Source: Candidatus Micrarchaeota archaeon (GTDB taxonomy: Archaea; Micrarchaeota; Micrarchaeia; Norongarragalinales; Norongarragalinaceae). From it: DNA of 64,000 nucleotides. The stretch lies in assembly GCA_964580705.1 (NCBI GenBank), contig CAZOKY010000001.1, positions 1,224-65,223 on the forward strand, in the 5' to 3' direction. The position numbers were made by a program, and so were the translations under genes. Below are positions 9,311 through 19,201 of this stretch, piece after piece; position 1 is the stretch's first letter, and each line of letters begins with the position of its first letter. The notes beneath the pieces were generated by a model, which saw nothing but the letters and a program-made list of their open reading frames with translations, was not told the DNA's origin and did not search any database.

Positions 9311-11497
9311 ATGGCAACGAAAGAAGCAGTGGCGGCACACGTTTCGAAACTCATGCGCAACCCGAAAAACATCAGGAACATGGGAATCGTCGCGCACGTC
9401 GACCACGGCAAAACCACGTTGAGCGACACCCTCGTCGCCCGAGCGGGGTTGATTTCGCAAGAACTCGCCGGCGAGCAGCGCGTGCTCGACTATGATGAAC
9501 AAGAGCAAGCGCGCGGAATCACCATCAAAGCCGCGAACATCTCGATCGCGTTCAACCAAAACGGCGAAGACTACCTAATTAATTTGATCGATACGCCGGG
9601 GCACGTGGACTTCGGAGGACACGTGACTCGCGCCATGCGCGCGGTAGACGGCATAATCCTCGTAGTCGACTGCGTCGAAGGAGTAATGCCGCAGACGGAA
9701 ACCGTGCTTCGTCAAGCGATGAAGGAGAAAGTCAGGCCCGTGCTCTTCATAAACAAAATAGACCGGCTCATGAACGAACTCAAACTCGACTTCAACGGAA
9801 TGCAGGAACGCTTCAAAAAAATCATTAACGGAGTCAACAAGCTCGTCGACGATTACGGTCCGCCTGAATTCAAGGAACAATGGAAATTGAAAGTCGATTC
9901 GGGAAACGTCGCGTTCGGCAGCGCGTTCCACAAGTGGGCGATTAGTTACCCCATAATGAAAGAGAAAGGAATCACGTTCAAGGATATTTACGACAAGTGC
10001 GTGAGCGGCGACCACAAATCGCTTCAAGAGAAAGCGCCGCTCGGAGACGTCATTCTCGAGATGGCGGTAACGAAGCTGCCGAACCCGCTCGAAGCGCAAA
10101 AATACCGCATCCCGGTTATTTGGCACGGAGACCAGAATACGCCGCAAGGCAAAGCCATGATCAACTGCGACCCGAACGGTAAAGCGTGCTTCATGGTGAC
10201 CGCGATTCAAGTCGACCCGCACGCGGGAGACGTAGCCGTCGGCCGTTTGTACAGCGGAGTAATCAAGAAAGGAACCGAGTTATACCTCGCCGCGCAGTAC
10301 GCGCGCGAAAAGATTCAAGGCGTGGCAGTTTACATGGGAATCGACCGCGTTACGATCGATGAAGTGCCCGCAGGCAATATTGTTGCGCTCGTGGGGTTAA
10401 AGGAAGTTTACGCCGGCGAAACCGTTTCCGAAGAAGAAATGGAACCGTTCGAGAAAATCAAGCACCACTCCGAGCCAGTCGTCACGAAATCAATCGAAGC
10501 AAAGAACCCGCGCGACCTCATGCGCTTAATCGAAGCCCTCCGCAGAATAGCGAAGGAAGACCCGACGGTGCGCGTCACCCTCAATCAAGAGACGGGAGAA
10601 CACTTGCTCAGCGGAATGGGAGAACTCCACCTCGAAATTATAGAATATAAAATTCGTAACGAGCGGAAAGTAGAAATCGATACGGGACCGCCTATCGTCG
10701 TTTACCACGAGACGGTAGTCCACGAAAGCCCTGAATTGGAAGGAAAATCGCCGAACAAACACAACCGCTTTAAAGTCATAATCAAGCCGCTCGAAGAAAG
10801 CGTTTTGAAGGCGTTCAAGGAAGGCGAAATCGACGAGAAAGCTAAAGGCAAAGACTTGACGGAACGCCTCCTGAAAGCAGGGCTCGCGCGCGACGAAGCC
10901 AAAAACATCATTAAAGTCTTCGAAAACAATCTCTTAATCGACTCGACGAAAGGAGTGCAGTACCTCCAGGAAATCAAGGAGTCGCTGCTTGAAGGATTTG
11001 AGGAAGCAATGACTGCCGGCCCGCTTGCGAAAGAACGCGTAGTCGGAGTCAAAGTCATTCTAACTGACGCGACGATTCACGTGGACCCCGCACACCGAGG
11101 GCCAGCACAGATTATTCCCGCAATCCGCCGCCCCATCTTCGCGGGCATGCTGCTCGCAGGCGCCGTCCTTCAAGAGCCGAAACAGAACTTGTTCGTGACT
11201 GCGCCGGTGGATTACATGAGTTCGATAATCGCGCAAATCCAGTCCCGCCGAGGGCAAATCGGTGAAGTCAACCAGGAAGGCGAAGCCCTCGTCATCAAAG
11301 CGAAGGTGCCCGTCTCGGAAATGTTCGGTTTCGCGAACGAAATCCGCAGCGCATCTCAAGGCCGCGCGGTTTGGTATTACGAGTACGCCGGATACGAGAA
11401 ACTCCCGGCAGGACTCCAGCCGCAAACGATTTCATCAATCAGGAAGCGTAAGGGAGAGCCGGAGACTCCGCCCACGGCGCGCGACTTCATGGATTAA
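9311..11497 (+). CDS. fusA: translation elongation factor 2 (aEF-2)
   Basis: AHVDHGKTT and DTPGHVDF G-domain motifs. 728 aa, downstream of S7. Confidence 0.95.
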   Translation: MATKEAVAAHVSKLMRNPKNIRNMGIVAHVDHGKTTLSDTLVARAGLISQELAGEQRVLDYDEQEQARGITIKAANISIAFNQNGEDYLINLIDTPGHVDFGGHVTRAMRAVDGIILVVDCVEGVMPQTETVLRQAMKEKVRPVLFINKIDRLMNELKLDFNGMQERFKKIINGVNKLVDDYGPPEFKEQWKLKVDSGNVAFGSAFHKWAISYPIMKEKGITFKDIYDKCVSGDHKSLQEKAPLGDVILEMAVTKLPNPLEAQKYRIPVIWHGDQNTPQGKAMINCDPNGKACFMVTAIQVDPHAGDVAVGRLYSGVIKKGTELYLAAQYAREKIQGVAVYMGIDRVTIDEVPAGNIVALVGLKEVYAGETVSEEEMEPFEKIKHHSEPVVTKSIEAKNPRDLMRLIEALRRIAKEDPTVRVTLNQETGEHLLSGMGELHLEIIEYKIRNERKVEIDTGPPIVVYHETVVHESPELEGKSPNKHNRFKVIIKPLEESVLKAFKEGEIDEKAKGKDLTERLLKAGLARDEAKNIIKVFENNLLIDSTKGVQYLQEIKESLLEGFEEAMTAGPLAKERVVGVKVILTDATIHVDPAHRGPAQIIPAIRRPIFAGMLLAGAVLQEPKQNLFVTAPVDYMSSIIAQIQSRRGQIGEVNQEGEALVIKAKVPVSEMFGFANEIRSASQGRAVWYYEYAGYEKLPAGLQPQTISSIRKRKGEPETPPTARDFMD

Positions 11498-11536
11498 ACG
11501 GTATTTTGTTCAAAAGCCGCCTGCAACGACGGCTTT

Positions 11537-13060
11537 TTATTTTCTTTTTTTGTTTACTAGCGACAGCAGTTCGTCTTTTATTTTTGCGGCATTGTCACGA
11601 TTCAAGCCGTCCACGTGCATTTCAGCGGCGGAAGAAGCTCCAACCGTCGACAAGTGCACGTCCACCAAGTCGAACGCGTTGTCGAAAATATCTTGGTCGA
11701 CGAAAACGTTTTGCACGCGCGAATAAGGCGCGTAAGCCGTCGTCCTCCCGAAAACCCCCTTGGTTACTTTAAGCACGCCGTCCGTCGTGGCGTAAGCGAA
11801 ATTCTTGAAGTAAGCGCGCTCGTAAACGAATTTGATTAGAATCAGCGCCGCGAACGCGGCAAAACCGTACGGAAGCAAGTTAACGTAATTCGGGAACGGC
11901 GACAAAAAGAAAGGCGCGAAAACCATGGCGGCAATGACGAGAAGGAAAGCGTAAACCGCGAACTTTGTCGTCCTCTTCAAAGGCACCGCTTTCTCGAGAG
12001 GAAACGCTTCGCGCAAATTTCGGTAAACGCCTTTTCCCGCGGCGCCTCCTTTCTCGAACAACAAGTCCTTCAAGGCGTGCGCGTCTTTCGACTTCAAAGC
12101 CGGAATGGAAAAAGTCGAGTAAAGCTCGCCTTCCCTCTGCCCGTCCTGCGCGCCCGTCTCGATTTTCAATGAAGCGATTCCGAAAAAGCGGTAGAAAAAC
12201 GGTTCGTAAATCACGGCGTTTTGAATTCGGTCTAGCCTGCAGTTCGACGTCCTCAGCCGAAAAAGCGAGTACGTAACGTTAAGTTGGCTTCCGCTTACGC
12301 TATAGGAGTAAGGCAAAATCATTGAAACGCCTGCGACAACCCCGGCGACGGCGGAAACGATTAACACGACTAAAGCCGTTTGAGCGTTCGCCGTAACGGT
12401 TCCCGCGTTTGCCACGATGGCGCCTCCGACAAAAAATGACATGACCGCGAGAGCCATTGCGGCGCCTATCAGGAAATAAGCGAGAAACGCAGGCCCCGAA
12501 GCCATTTTGTAAGGCACAGACGCGGTCTCTGCGACGCCCAGCCTCGCTCGAGACGAAACAACTTTTTTTCCGACAACTGATTCCGTCTTCGGCTTGCTTA
12601 GCCTAGCCAATATTTCTTCCCGAAGCCGGCTCGCAACGCCAGCGTCCAAACCGACCAGCATGTTGCCGGAAGAAGCCGCGCTCATAGTGGATATCTTCAA
12701 ATTCTTCAATCCGAGAAGCAAGTCTAAGAATTCCGCATTTTCTTCAACGTTTTGAACCTGGTTGTACAGAAACAGGACTTGCTCCTTGTTGAAAACGCCG
12801 CTTTTCTTGAACACGCCCGCCTCGCGAACTTCGTATTCCGCGCTGCGCCACCATAAATACCCGTAAACGATTGAGCCGACGCATAAAACCAAAAGAAGAA
12901 GTGGCTGGCTCGAAAGCCACAGCGCGGACGAAATCCCTTTCCCAAGGGAGTTCATGAAAACAAAACCAAAAAGGAATAGTAGTGCAACAACAGCCCCAGC
13001 GTAACGGCGAATCAAGTAACGTACGGACGGCTTGTATACGCCGTAAACATCTTCAGTCAA
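11537..13060 (-). CDS. YdbT-like membrane protein with three bPH_2 (DUF304) repeats
   Basis: TM hairpins alternate with repeated modules (FNKEQVLFLYNQVQNVEEN; VFVDQDIFDNAFDLVDVHLST). 507 aa; overlaps the upstream ydbS-like gene by 8 nt. Confidence 0.6.
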   Translation of the reverse strand: MTEDVYGVYKPSVRYLIRRYAGAVVALLFLFGFVFMNSLGKGISSALWLSSQPLLLLVLCVGSIVYGYLWWRSAEYEVREAGVFKKSGVFNKEQVLFLYNQVQNVEENAEFLDLLLGLKNLKISTMSAASSGNMLVGLDAGVASRLREEILARLSKPKTESVVGKKVVSSRARLGVAETASVPYKMASGPAFLAYFLIGAAMALAVMSFFVGGAIVANAGTVTANAQTALVVLIVSAVAGVVAGVSMILPYSYSVSGSQLNVTYSLFRLRTSNCRLDRIQNAVIYEPFFYRFFGIASLKIETGAQDGQREGELYSTFSIPALKSKDAHALKDLLFEKGGAAGKGVYRNLREAFPLEKAVPLKRTTKFAVYAFLLVIAAMVFAPFFLSPFPNYVNLLPYGFAAFAALILIKFVYERAYFKNFAYATTDGVLKVTKGVFGRTTAYAPYSRVQNVFVDQDIFDNAFDLVDVHLSTVGASSAAEMHVDGLNRDNAAKIKDELLSLVNKKRK

Positions 13061-13562
13061 AACCAGTCACCTTGCTTCGCTTGCCCTTGATTTTCGCCAG
13101 CAGCAGCTTGCGAATCGCTTCGGCGTTCTCGGCGTTCACGCCGTCGACGTGGGCTTCAAAAGCCGACATCGACGTCGCAGTCGAAACGTGCACGTCGAAA
13201 AGCTTGAATAAACGGTCGAAGACGTCCTGGTCCATGTAAACGTCCTGCAGTTTCTCGTAAGGCAGATTCGTTTCGCGCGGCGTAATCCAGCCCTTGCGTA
13301 TTACGAGCACGTCTTCGGCAGCGTCGTAAAAGTAGGCTTTGAAATAATTGTTTTCGTAAACCCACTGCCAGACCGCCCACGCTAGCCAGAAAACTGGCAA
13401 GCACATGAAAAACGTCGGCGACAACAATTCAGGTTTCCAGGAAAACAAGGCGACCGTCAGAATCGCGAAAAAAACGAGCCAGCGAACCATGGTTGAAACG
13501 AAGCGCTTCACTATCTTCCTGCGCTCCAAAGGAAATTTTTGAATCAACGCCGCCATCGCCAA
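13053..13562 (-). CDS. YdbS-like membrane protein (single bPH_2 domain)
   Basis: TM hairpin plus a bPH_2-like module (YMDQDVFDRLFKLFDVHVSTATSMSAFEAHVDG). Confidence 0.55.
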   Translation of the reverse strand: MAMAALIQKFPLERRKIVKRFVSTMVRWLVFFAILTVALFSWKPELLSPTFFMCLPVFWLAWAVWQWVYENNYFKAYFYDAAEDVLVIRKGWITPRETNLPYEKLQDVYMDQDVFDRLFKLFDVHVSTATSMSAFEAHVDGVNAENAEAIRKLLLAKIKGKRSKVTGFD

Positions 13563-13603
13563 TCACCTGACAAAAACTGAAACGAGGTTCGAGTTCAATC
13601 GGT

Positions 13604-13774
13604 TCACTTGTTTTTTTTCAACGCGACTACCGCAGCTAACACCAGCAGGATTACGCCTACGGCGAGGAAAAGGTAGCCCAAGCCGATGTTGAAGTTCCAC
13701 ATTATCGGACCTAGGAACAACATCGACACCACGCCGAGAAACGCGATTATTAACGCGATTATTTTCTTGTCCAC
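13604..13774 (-). CDS. small two-TM membrane protein (56 codons), not in ORF track
   Basis: My own translation, in a different frame from track ORF 13563..13790: VDKKIIALIIAFLGVVSMLFLGPIMWNFNIGLGYLFLAVGVILLVLAAVVALKKNK. GTG start; directly upstream of the ydbS/ydbT-like pair. Confidence 0.4.
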   Translation of the reverse strand: MDKKIIALIIAFLGVVSMLFLGPIMWNFNIGLGYLFLAVGVILLVLAAVVALKKNK

Positions 13775-13786
13775 AAAAACACCTCT

Positions 13787-14413
13787 TCAAATCTCTTGTT
13801 CGATTATTTTCGCAATCACTTTAGAGTTAGCCAATATTTTTTCTTGAGTTTCCTTGCTTCCGACAGCGACGGAGTAATCAAAGAGCTTTACGCCTTCTTT
13901 CCAGTTTAGTATTCTGACCATGGATTTTCCTTTGTAGAAAACCAACTCGCTTAATATTCCCTCGTCATACAATTCGGCGGACGCCTCCCCGAACTCGCTG
14001 GTTCCCGTACGCGACTTGACGAAATCCAAATAACTCTGCTTAATCGAAACCGCGGGCTTATCGTAGTACGCTAAGAAAACAGTGTAATAAATTCCGTCGT
14101 CTTGAAGAACCTTGAACGGCGCGGCAGAACAATACCGTGAATTAGAAACGTCTTTTCTTTCTCTCGTTACGCTAGCGGCGCCGTTAAAGCCAGTCGCAAC
14201 CAGTTTTCCAACAGTCAATAAATCATCAGCATAACCGCAGTAAACACTTGATGCGGATGCTGTAGGCGCATAAGTAGCCGCGACTGTTTGTACAAAAGGA
14301 CTGGCGACAACCGCGGGAGACTGCGAGCCGTCGTCCATGCAGCCGAACAACAAAACGCTGAACGCTAAAACCAATGCTAATCCAAAACCTGATGCTCGCA
14401 TTAAAAACACCAA
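13787..14413 (-). CDS. putative secreted lipoprotein, hypothetical
   Basis: Signal peptide with a lipobox-like LLFGC. Confidence 0.5.
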   Translation of the reverse strand: MVFLMRASGFGLALVLAFSVLLFGCMDDGSQSPAVVASPFVQTVAATYAPTASASSVYCGYADDLLTVGKLVATGFNGAASVTRERKDVSNSRYCSAAPFKVLQDDGIYYTVFLAYYDKPAVSIKQSYLDFVKSRTGTSEFGEASAELYDEGILSELVFYKGKSMVRILNWKEGVKLFDYSVAVGSKETQEKILANSKVIAKIIEQEI

Positions 14414-14449
14414 TCAAATTCCAAGTCAAACTTGAATAAAAACATGCGT

Positions 14450-16063
14450 TCAACCAACGTTTTTTAGTCGCGCCGCAGCGAATCCTCGTTCCAACGCGTT
14501 CAGCAACGGCAAGAGCTTCGGCCCGCGCTCTCTGCCGATGAAGACGCCGTATGCGGCAGCAAAAAATTCCTGGATTTTAATGCCGTGCGCGGCGCACAAA
14601 CGCTTTATTTCCTCTGCTTGCGCGTCCGCGTCGTCGTGCAACGCGAAAAACTCGCCGAAATCAGCCAAAGCAGCCTTGGCGTTCAAATCAAGGGAATGAA
14701 AACGCTTGACCGCCTCTTCTCGCGTTAAAATCCTGAGCTTCGCTTCCTCGGGCGCCAGCTTCTCGAGCCAAACGCGCGCGTAACCAGCGCGTTCAGCCAA
14801 CAGTTTCTTCTCGTCGCTCGTCAACGCGCTTCCTTTCTGCTTCGCGAAAACCGTTTCCGCGTCCGCGCCGGGAATCTGGCTCACGGCAGCAACGAACGAG
14901 AATTGCGGGCGAAACATTTTCTTGGTTTCAATCAAATGCGAGAGCGCGTAAATGCGCGGCACGTCCGGGTCACGCGCCTCTTTTTCCTTGAAATAAACGG
15001 CTGCGGCTTCGTCGAATTGGTCGAATAAACGCGGAATCGTCTCGCCGCTAGGGTCAAAGTCAATCGCGCTCGCCGGCTTGTATTTAGTCATCAAAAAGCG
15101 GAGGAGTTCAGGCGGCAACAACGCGGCTACTTCGCTCGCGCTCACGCCGAGTCCTTTGCTTGAACTCATTTTCTTTCCGCCAATCAAAAAGAATTCGTAA
15201 GGCACGTTCACCGGTGGCTCGCGCTTGTAAACCTCGCGGTAAATAGCTTCAGCGACGTCCCGCGAACCGCCTGTCGTCGAATGGTCTTTCCCAGCGCCTT
15301 CAATGGTGACTCCCAGAATAAAGAATTTCGCGGGCCACTCGACTTTCCACGGAAGCTTCGCGCGCCCACCGAACGGAGAAACGCGCCCTTCGTACCCGCA
15401 GCCCTTCGCCCACGAAACGTAATTCGCGAGACATTTGTATTCAACTGTTTGGGTTTCGGGGTCGTAACTCGTGACTTTCGTCGTGCCTATGCGGCCGCAT
15501 TGCTCGCACACGACGCTCAACGGAAACCAATCCGCGTCTTTCGCTCCGCCGCTCACGCGCTCGTAAATCTCGCGTATTTTGGCGGCGTTCTCGAGCGTGA
15601 GCTTGATCGCTTCATCGTATTTCCCACGCTTGTAGTAGTCGCTTCCCCAGTAAATCTTCGGCTTCGCGCCCAAGCGCTCGAACACTTCCTGAAACTCGCG
15701 GAAATAATAGTCAGCATAGTTTTTGGCTCCGCTTGCGCCGTCGTCCGGCGCGGGCACAACGCACAACGGCTTGCCCATGAACTCCGCATACTTTTTCTTA
15801 TCGAGATAAATGGGAAGCGAATCCATTGGGTCGAAGTCGTCGACTCCGTAATAATAAACGCTTTTCACGCCCGCGTCGAGAAGGGCGCGGTGAATGATAT
15901 CGTGAATAATCACGCCGCGCAACGCGCCCACGTGCACGCGTCCGCTCGGCGTCTTCTCGTCTTCAACAACCTGCGGTTTTCCCGTTGCCGCGGCTGCGCG
16001 CGCGATTTGATCCGCCCAAAACATGTCGCGCTTCTCGTTTTTTTCTTTTTTAATTTCAGCCAT
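14450..16063 (-). CDS. lysK: lysyl-tRNA synthetase, class I
   Basis: Class I architecture (~530 aa), a GRVHVG HIGH-like motif and a KMSSSKG KMSKS-like motif. ATG start. Confidence 0.85.
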   Translation of the reverse strand: MAEIKKEKNEKRDMFWADQIARAAAATGKPQVVEDEKTPSGRVHVGALRGVIIHDIIHRALLDAGVKSVYYYGVDDFDPMDSLPIYLDKKKYAEFMGKPLCVVPAPDDGASGAKNYADYYFREFQEVFERLGAKPKIYWGSDYYKRGKYDEAIKLTLENAAKIREIYERVSGGAKDADWFPLSVVCEQCGRIGTTKVTSYDPETQTVEYKCLANYVSWAKGCGYEGRVSPFGGRAKLPWKVEWPAKFFILGVTIEGAGKDHSTTGGSRDVAEAIYREVYKREPPVNVPYEFFLIGGKKMSSSKGLGVSASEVAALLPPELLRFLMTKYKPASAIDFDPSGETIPRLFDQFDEAAAVYFKEKEARDPDVPRIYALSHLIETKKMFRPQFSFVAAVSQIPGADAETVFAKQKGSALTSDEKKLLAERAGYARVWLEKLAPEEAKLRILTREEAVKRFHSLDLNAKAALADFGEFFALHDDADAQAEEIKRLCAAHGIKIQEFFAAAYGVFIGRERGPKLLPLLNALERGFAAARLKNVG

Positions 16064-16110
16064 GAAAAACCACTTTAAACGTTACCGCTAGGAAAAATAA
16101 AACGCGTCGC

Positions 16111-17304
16111 TTACGGTTGAATCCACTCGATCTCGTAATACTCGTACTTGCTTCCAGGAAGCTCAATGCGCTTCACGCGATAATACGTGATGCTCGTCTC
16201 GCGGTCGCAAATCGCGAGCACGAGATCGAGCCCCAACTGCTTCGCCTGTTCGAGCCCGCGCGCCAGCTCCGCGCCGCCCAACTCTTCTTCCTCGCTGAGC
16301 GCCAGCATTACGAACTTCGGTTTCCCAGTCCGCGGGTTCTCAGGCACGCTGCCCGCGCTCTCGCGGTGGTAAAGCAGGAAGTCGAGTTCGCTCGCTTCGA
16401 CGCGCTTCGCGCCGGGAATCGCGAGAATAAACGTCTTGCGCACGCCGTGCGCCACGCGAATCGCCCGCGCCCACTCGCTGATGAGCATTCTTGCTTCGCG
16501 CGGGAAAACGTGGATGACGTGCTTCGAGTGCATCCACTCGCCTTCGCCGAGCCCCGGGCTCGCGCCCGGGAAGTACAAGCGAAAGTGAGTGCCGAACTTG
16601 AAACCCGTCTTGACGACGAACCCACGCAAGCGCCAGTCTTCGTAAACCGAGTAAAGCGCGGGAAAATCGCTGCGGCGCGCAGTCGCGTCCTTAACGAGTT
16701 TTTTCTCTTTAACGTTGAGCACGAAACAAGCGTGCTTCATGAGGAACAACGTCTCGTAAGCGTCGAGTTTGAGAAAGCGACCGTGCTTCTTCGCCTTGTA
16801 CGTCCCCCACTGGCCGAACCAATTCTTTTCATACAACGCCTGCCCCTCGACGTCGTCATCGATGATCGACATCAAATCGTCGCTGAAGAACAAGCCTTTA
16901 GCCTTCACTTCGGGAAAATCGCTCGGTTTGCACGGGTACTTCTGTAACGGGCTGCGTCCGTAATTCGCGTTCGCATCCGCTTCATCGATGGGGCGCGCGA
17001 TGAGCCCGCGGTCACGCCAATCCTTGAAGCAAAAATAACGGGCGAGGAATTTCGGGTTGTTTTGAAACTTCGCCGCGACGGCATTAAACGAAAGCTCCTT
17101 TTTTTTCGCGTGGCACTTCGCGTTCCGCACGTCGATTAAATAAAGCGCTTCCTCGGGCGTCAACTCGATTTGAGTTTTTTTCCCGTCAAATTCGGTGCCG
17201 AAAAACGAGCGGTCGAGAGCTTGAACGGTGATTAAGTCGGTTACGACGACGTGTTCATCGCCTTTCTTGCCGACGACGCTTAATTCAGTAGTCACGAACT
17301 TCAT
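16111..17304 (-). CDS. endA: tRNA-splicing endonuclease EndA, long single-chain multi-unit form
   Basis: Catalytic-domain signature (YEDWRLRGFVVKTGFKFGTHFRLY ... HSKHVIHV) and an N-terminal domain (EALYLID ... LARYFCFKDWRDRG). At 397 aa it is roughly twice the alpha4 size, as in three-unit epsilon2-type enzymes. Confidence 0.8.
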   Translation of the reverse strand: MKFVTTELSVVGKKGDEHVVVTDLITVQALDRSFFGTEFDGKKTQIELTPEEALYLIDVRNAKCHAKKKELSFNAVAAKFQNNPKFLARYFCFKDWRDRGLIARPIDEADANANYGRSPLQKYPCKPSDFPEVKAKGLFFSDDLMSIIDDDVEGQALYEKNWFGQWGTYKAKKHGRFLKLDAYETLFLMKHACFVLNVKEKKLVKDATARRSDFPALYSVYEDWRLRGFVVKTGFKFGTHFRLYFPGASPGLGEGEWMHSKHVIHVFPREARMLISEWARAIRVAHGVRKTFILAIPGAKRVEASELDFLLYHRESAGSVPENPRTGKPKFVMLALSEEEELGGAELARGLEQAKQLGLDLVLAICDRETSITYYRVKRIELPGSKYEYYEIEWIQP

Positions 17305-17488
17305 TCCTCCGAAAACCGCGCCGAACGAACGAAAAAAAACGTCGCGACTGCGGCCGATTGAGTGATTAACTGGTTTTTAGGCGCCGCAGTATTTAAAACC
17401 AGTCAACCCCTAAGAATAATGTGAGGGAAGCTTAAAGGAAAACGTCGAGGAAAACTTCGAACGTTTTCAAGGCTTTCACGGTGGGAAA

Positions 17489-18133
17489 ATGAAGTTTTTC
17501 AAGCACGGAGACGTTCTAGCGATTACGCTGCCGGAATCGTTGCGCGCGCAATCCCGCGTCACGGCGGGCGACGAGTACGAGTGGTTCGAAGTAGAACCCG
17601 GATTCTTCGCTCTCGTCGAAAAAAACAAGCTCGGAGGACAAGTCAGGCAATCGTTTACGGTCACGCTAGTCAAAAAAGCTTTCGAGGCAAGCGAAGCAGC
17701 CGCGCAAACAACTGGGGGGACGGTAACGCCGATTCGCGCGGAAGGAAGGCAAACGCCGCGAGGCGCCGGCGGCGCAGCCGGCGGCGGAAGCTGCGCGCCT
17801 GCCAAGACGGAGCTCGAAGACCGCGGTTTCCTGATAGTGCAAAACGAAGTAGAGGCGAAAGCGTTAAGCGTCGCGCTCGAAGGAGACATCAAGGCGGGCG
17901 CGGTGCGAGGCGTGCGCGGTTTCGACAAAAAATATTACATCGCCACGCAAGCCTACCTGAAGGATTTAACGCCGAAAATAAAGAAGATTTTGAGCGAGCG
18001 GCCGCTCGCGGGCGGAGCAATCGCGGCTGCGGCGAAGGAAGACGCGGAAGGAACGCTCGCAGTGCTTTACGTCCTCAAGGAGGAAGGCGAAGTAATCGAA
18101 AAGAAGCGAGGAATCTTCGCCCTCGTAAAGTAA
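17489..18133 (+). CDS. hypothetical protein with a possible N-terminal SpoVT/AbrB-like swapped-hairpin domain
   Basis: MKFFKHGDVLAITLPESLRAQSRVTAGDEYEW resembles AbrB/MazE-type DNA-binding modules. The middle is G/A-rich low complexity. Confidence 0.4.
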   Translation: MKFFKHGDVLAITLPESLRAQSRVTAGDEYEWFEVEPGFFALVEKNKLGGQVRQSFTVTLVKKAFEASEAAAQTTGGTVTPIRAEGRQTPRGAGGAAGGGSCAPAKTELEDRGFLIVQNEVEAKALSVALEGDIKAGAVRGVRGFDKKYYIATQAYLKDLTPKIKKILSERPLAGGAIAAAAKEDAEGTLAVLYVLKEEGEVIEKKRGIFALVK

Positions 18134-18161
18134 GGCGCTTTAAGCGTAAGCGTTTCGCGGT

Positions 18162-18911
18162 TTACTTCTTTTTTCGTCCCGAGGTTTTAGCCGCTAATTG
18201 CCGATAGCCGTTCCAAGAATCGTAGCCTTTGCTGTACTCCCAAAACCGTTTCAAATCGCGGTGAAAATCAGGGCGGACGTCGTCCAACTCTTTATTCAAA
18301 AACCCGTGCAGCAACGCCAGCAAAGTCCGGGGGCAAGTCTTGTCATTTGAGTGGTCCCGCGCCGCGTACCGGGCTTCGCGGTAGACGTGTTCGGCTTCAT
18401 CGCGAGTCAAACTCTTGCCTAAAAAACTGATTTTGTCGGCGGGCGTTCTCAAGTCTGCTTCCAACCGCAGCAACGCGTCGTGCAAAGGAATTACTTTAGA
18501 ATGGTAAGCGCCGACTACGCCCGCGACGTCGTCTCGAAAAAAACTCAAATCCCGGCTGTGATTGAGAAAAGCATCAGGACCAAACAACTCTTCGTTTTTT
18601 TCAAACCCCGTCTTTTTTCTCCAAAACAAAAACCCGCTTCTTGTTTTCCGAGTTAAAACGAAGCCGTATACCGCTACGGGTGCTGCGGTTGCCGCTTGAA
18701 CAGTAGGATCACGCCGGAAACAGTCTTTGTTAAAAGACAACTTGCCCCATTTGCGATCCAACTCCTTGTGACGCGCATCGAACGCATCCGCCGCTTCGCG
18801 CAAACGCTTGTTGAACTCGCCGAAAGCCTCGCGCTCGCGTTCATTAAACACTCGGCGCCTGACTTTGGGGATTGGAAGAAGAGCCGAACGGACGAACTTT
18901 GGCGCGCTCAT
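18162..18911 (-). CDS. hypothetical protein
   Basis: Track ORF 18162..18929 (TTG) trimmed to ATG 18911 (MSAPKF...) so that it abuts the Sec61beta stop. No family recognised. Confidence 0.45.
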   Translation of the reverse strand: MSAPKFVRSALLPIPKVRRRVFNEREREAFGEFNKRLREAADAFDARHKELDRKWGKLSFNKDCFRRDPTVQAATAAPVAVYGFVLTRKTRSGFLFWRKKTGFEKNEELFGPDAFLNHSRDLSFFRDDVAGVVGAYHSKVIPLHDALLRLEADLRTPADKISFLGKSLTRDEAEHVYREARYAARDHSNDKTCPRTLLALLHGFLNKELDDVRPDFHRDLKRFWEYSKGYDSWNGYRQLAAKTSGRKKK

Positions 18912-18925
18912 GAACGGGCACCGCG

Positions 18926-19084
18926 TCAAAACTTTACTGATTGCACGATTAATTCGAGAACGATGAAAACCAGCGTTGCTCCGACGACGACTTTAGGATC
19001 CAAAAGAATCTTGCTCGACGTGACGTCGTAGAAGCGAATCAAGCCCGTGCTGCTTGAAGGAGCGTTAATCTTGTCTTGAGCCAT
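18926..19084 (-). CDS. secG: preprotein translocase Sec61 beta subunit (SecG/Sbh1 homolog), 52 aa; not in ORF track
   Basis: My own translation: MAQDKINAPSSSTGLIRFYDVTSSKILLDPKVVVGATLVFIVLELIVQSVKF. Conserved GLIRY/F motif plus a C-terminal TM helix, typical of archaeal Sec-beta. Confidence 0.7.
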   Translation of the reverse strand: MAQDKINAPSSSTGLIRFYDVTSSKILLDPKVVVGATLVFIVLELIVQSVKF

Positions 19085-19201
19085 GCGAAACAAACACCCT
19101 TTTTTCTTTTTTCCTTTTCTCTTTTCCTTTTTCCAGTTGAGAAAATAACTTACGTTTAAACCATTATTTAATGGCTTTCAAAACGCCGCCGCGTCACTGC
19201 T

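Noticed and set aside
13563-13790. Track ORF (75 aa, Arg-rich)
   Set aside because: Wrong frame. The overlapping frame encodes a plausible hydrophobic small protein; this frame has no features.
15281-16947. Long antisense ORFs opposite LysRS and EndA (15281..16078, 16117..16947)
   Set aside because: High-GC antisense frames stay open by chance. The sense strands carry strong family motifs.
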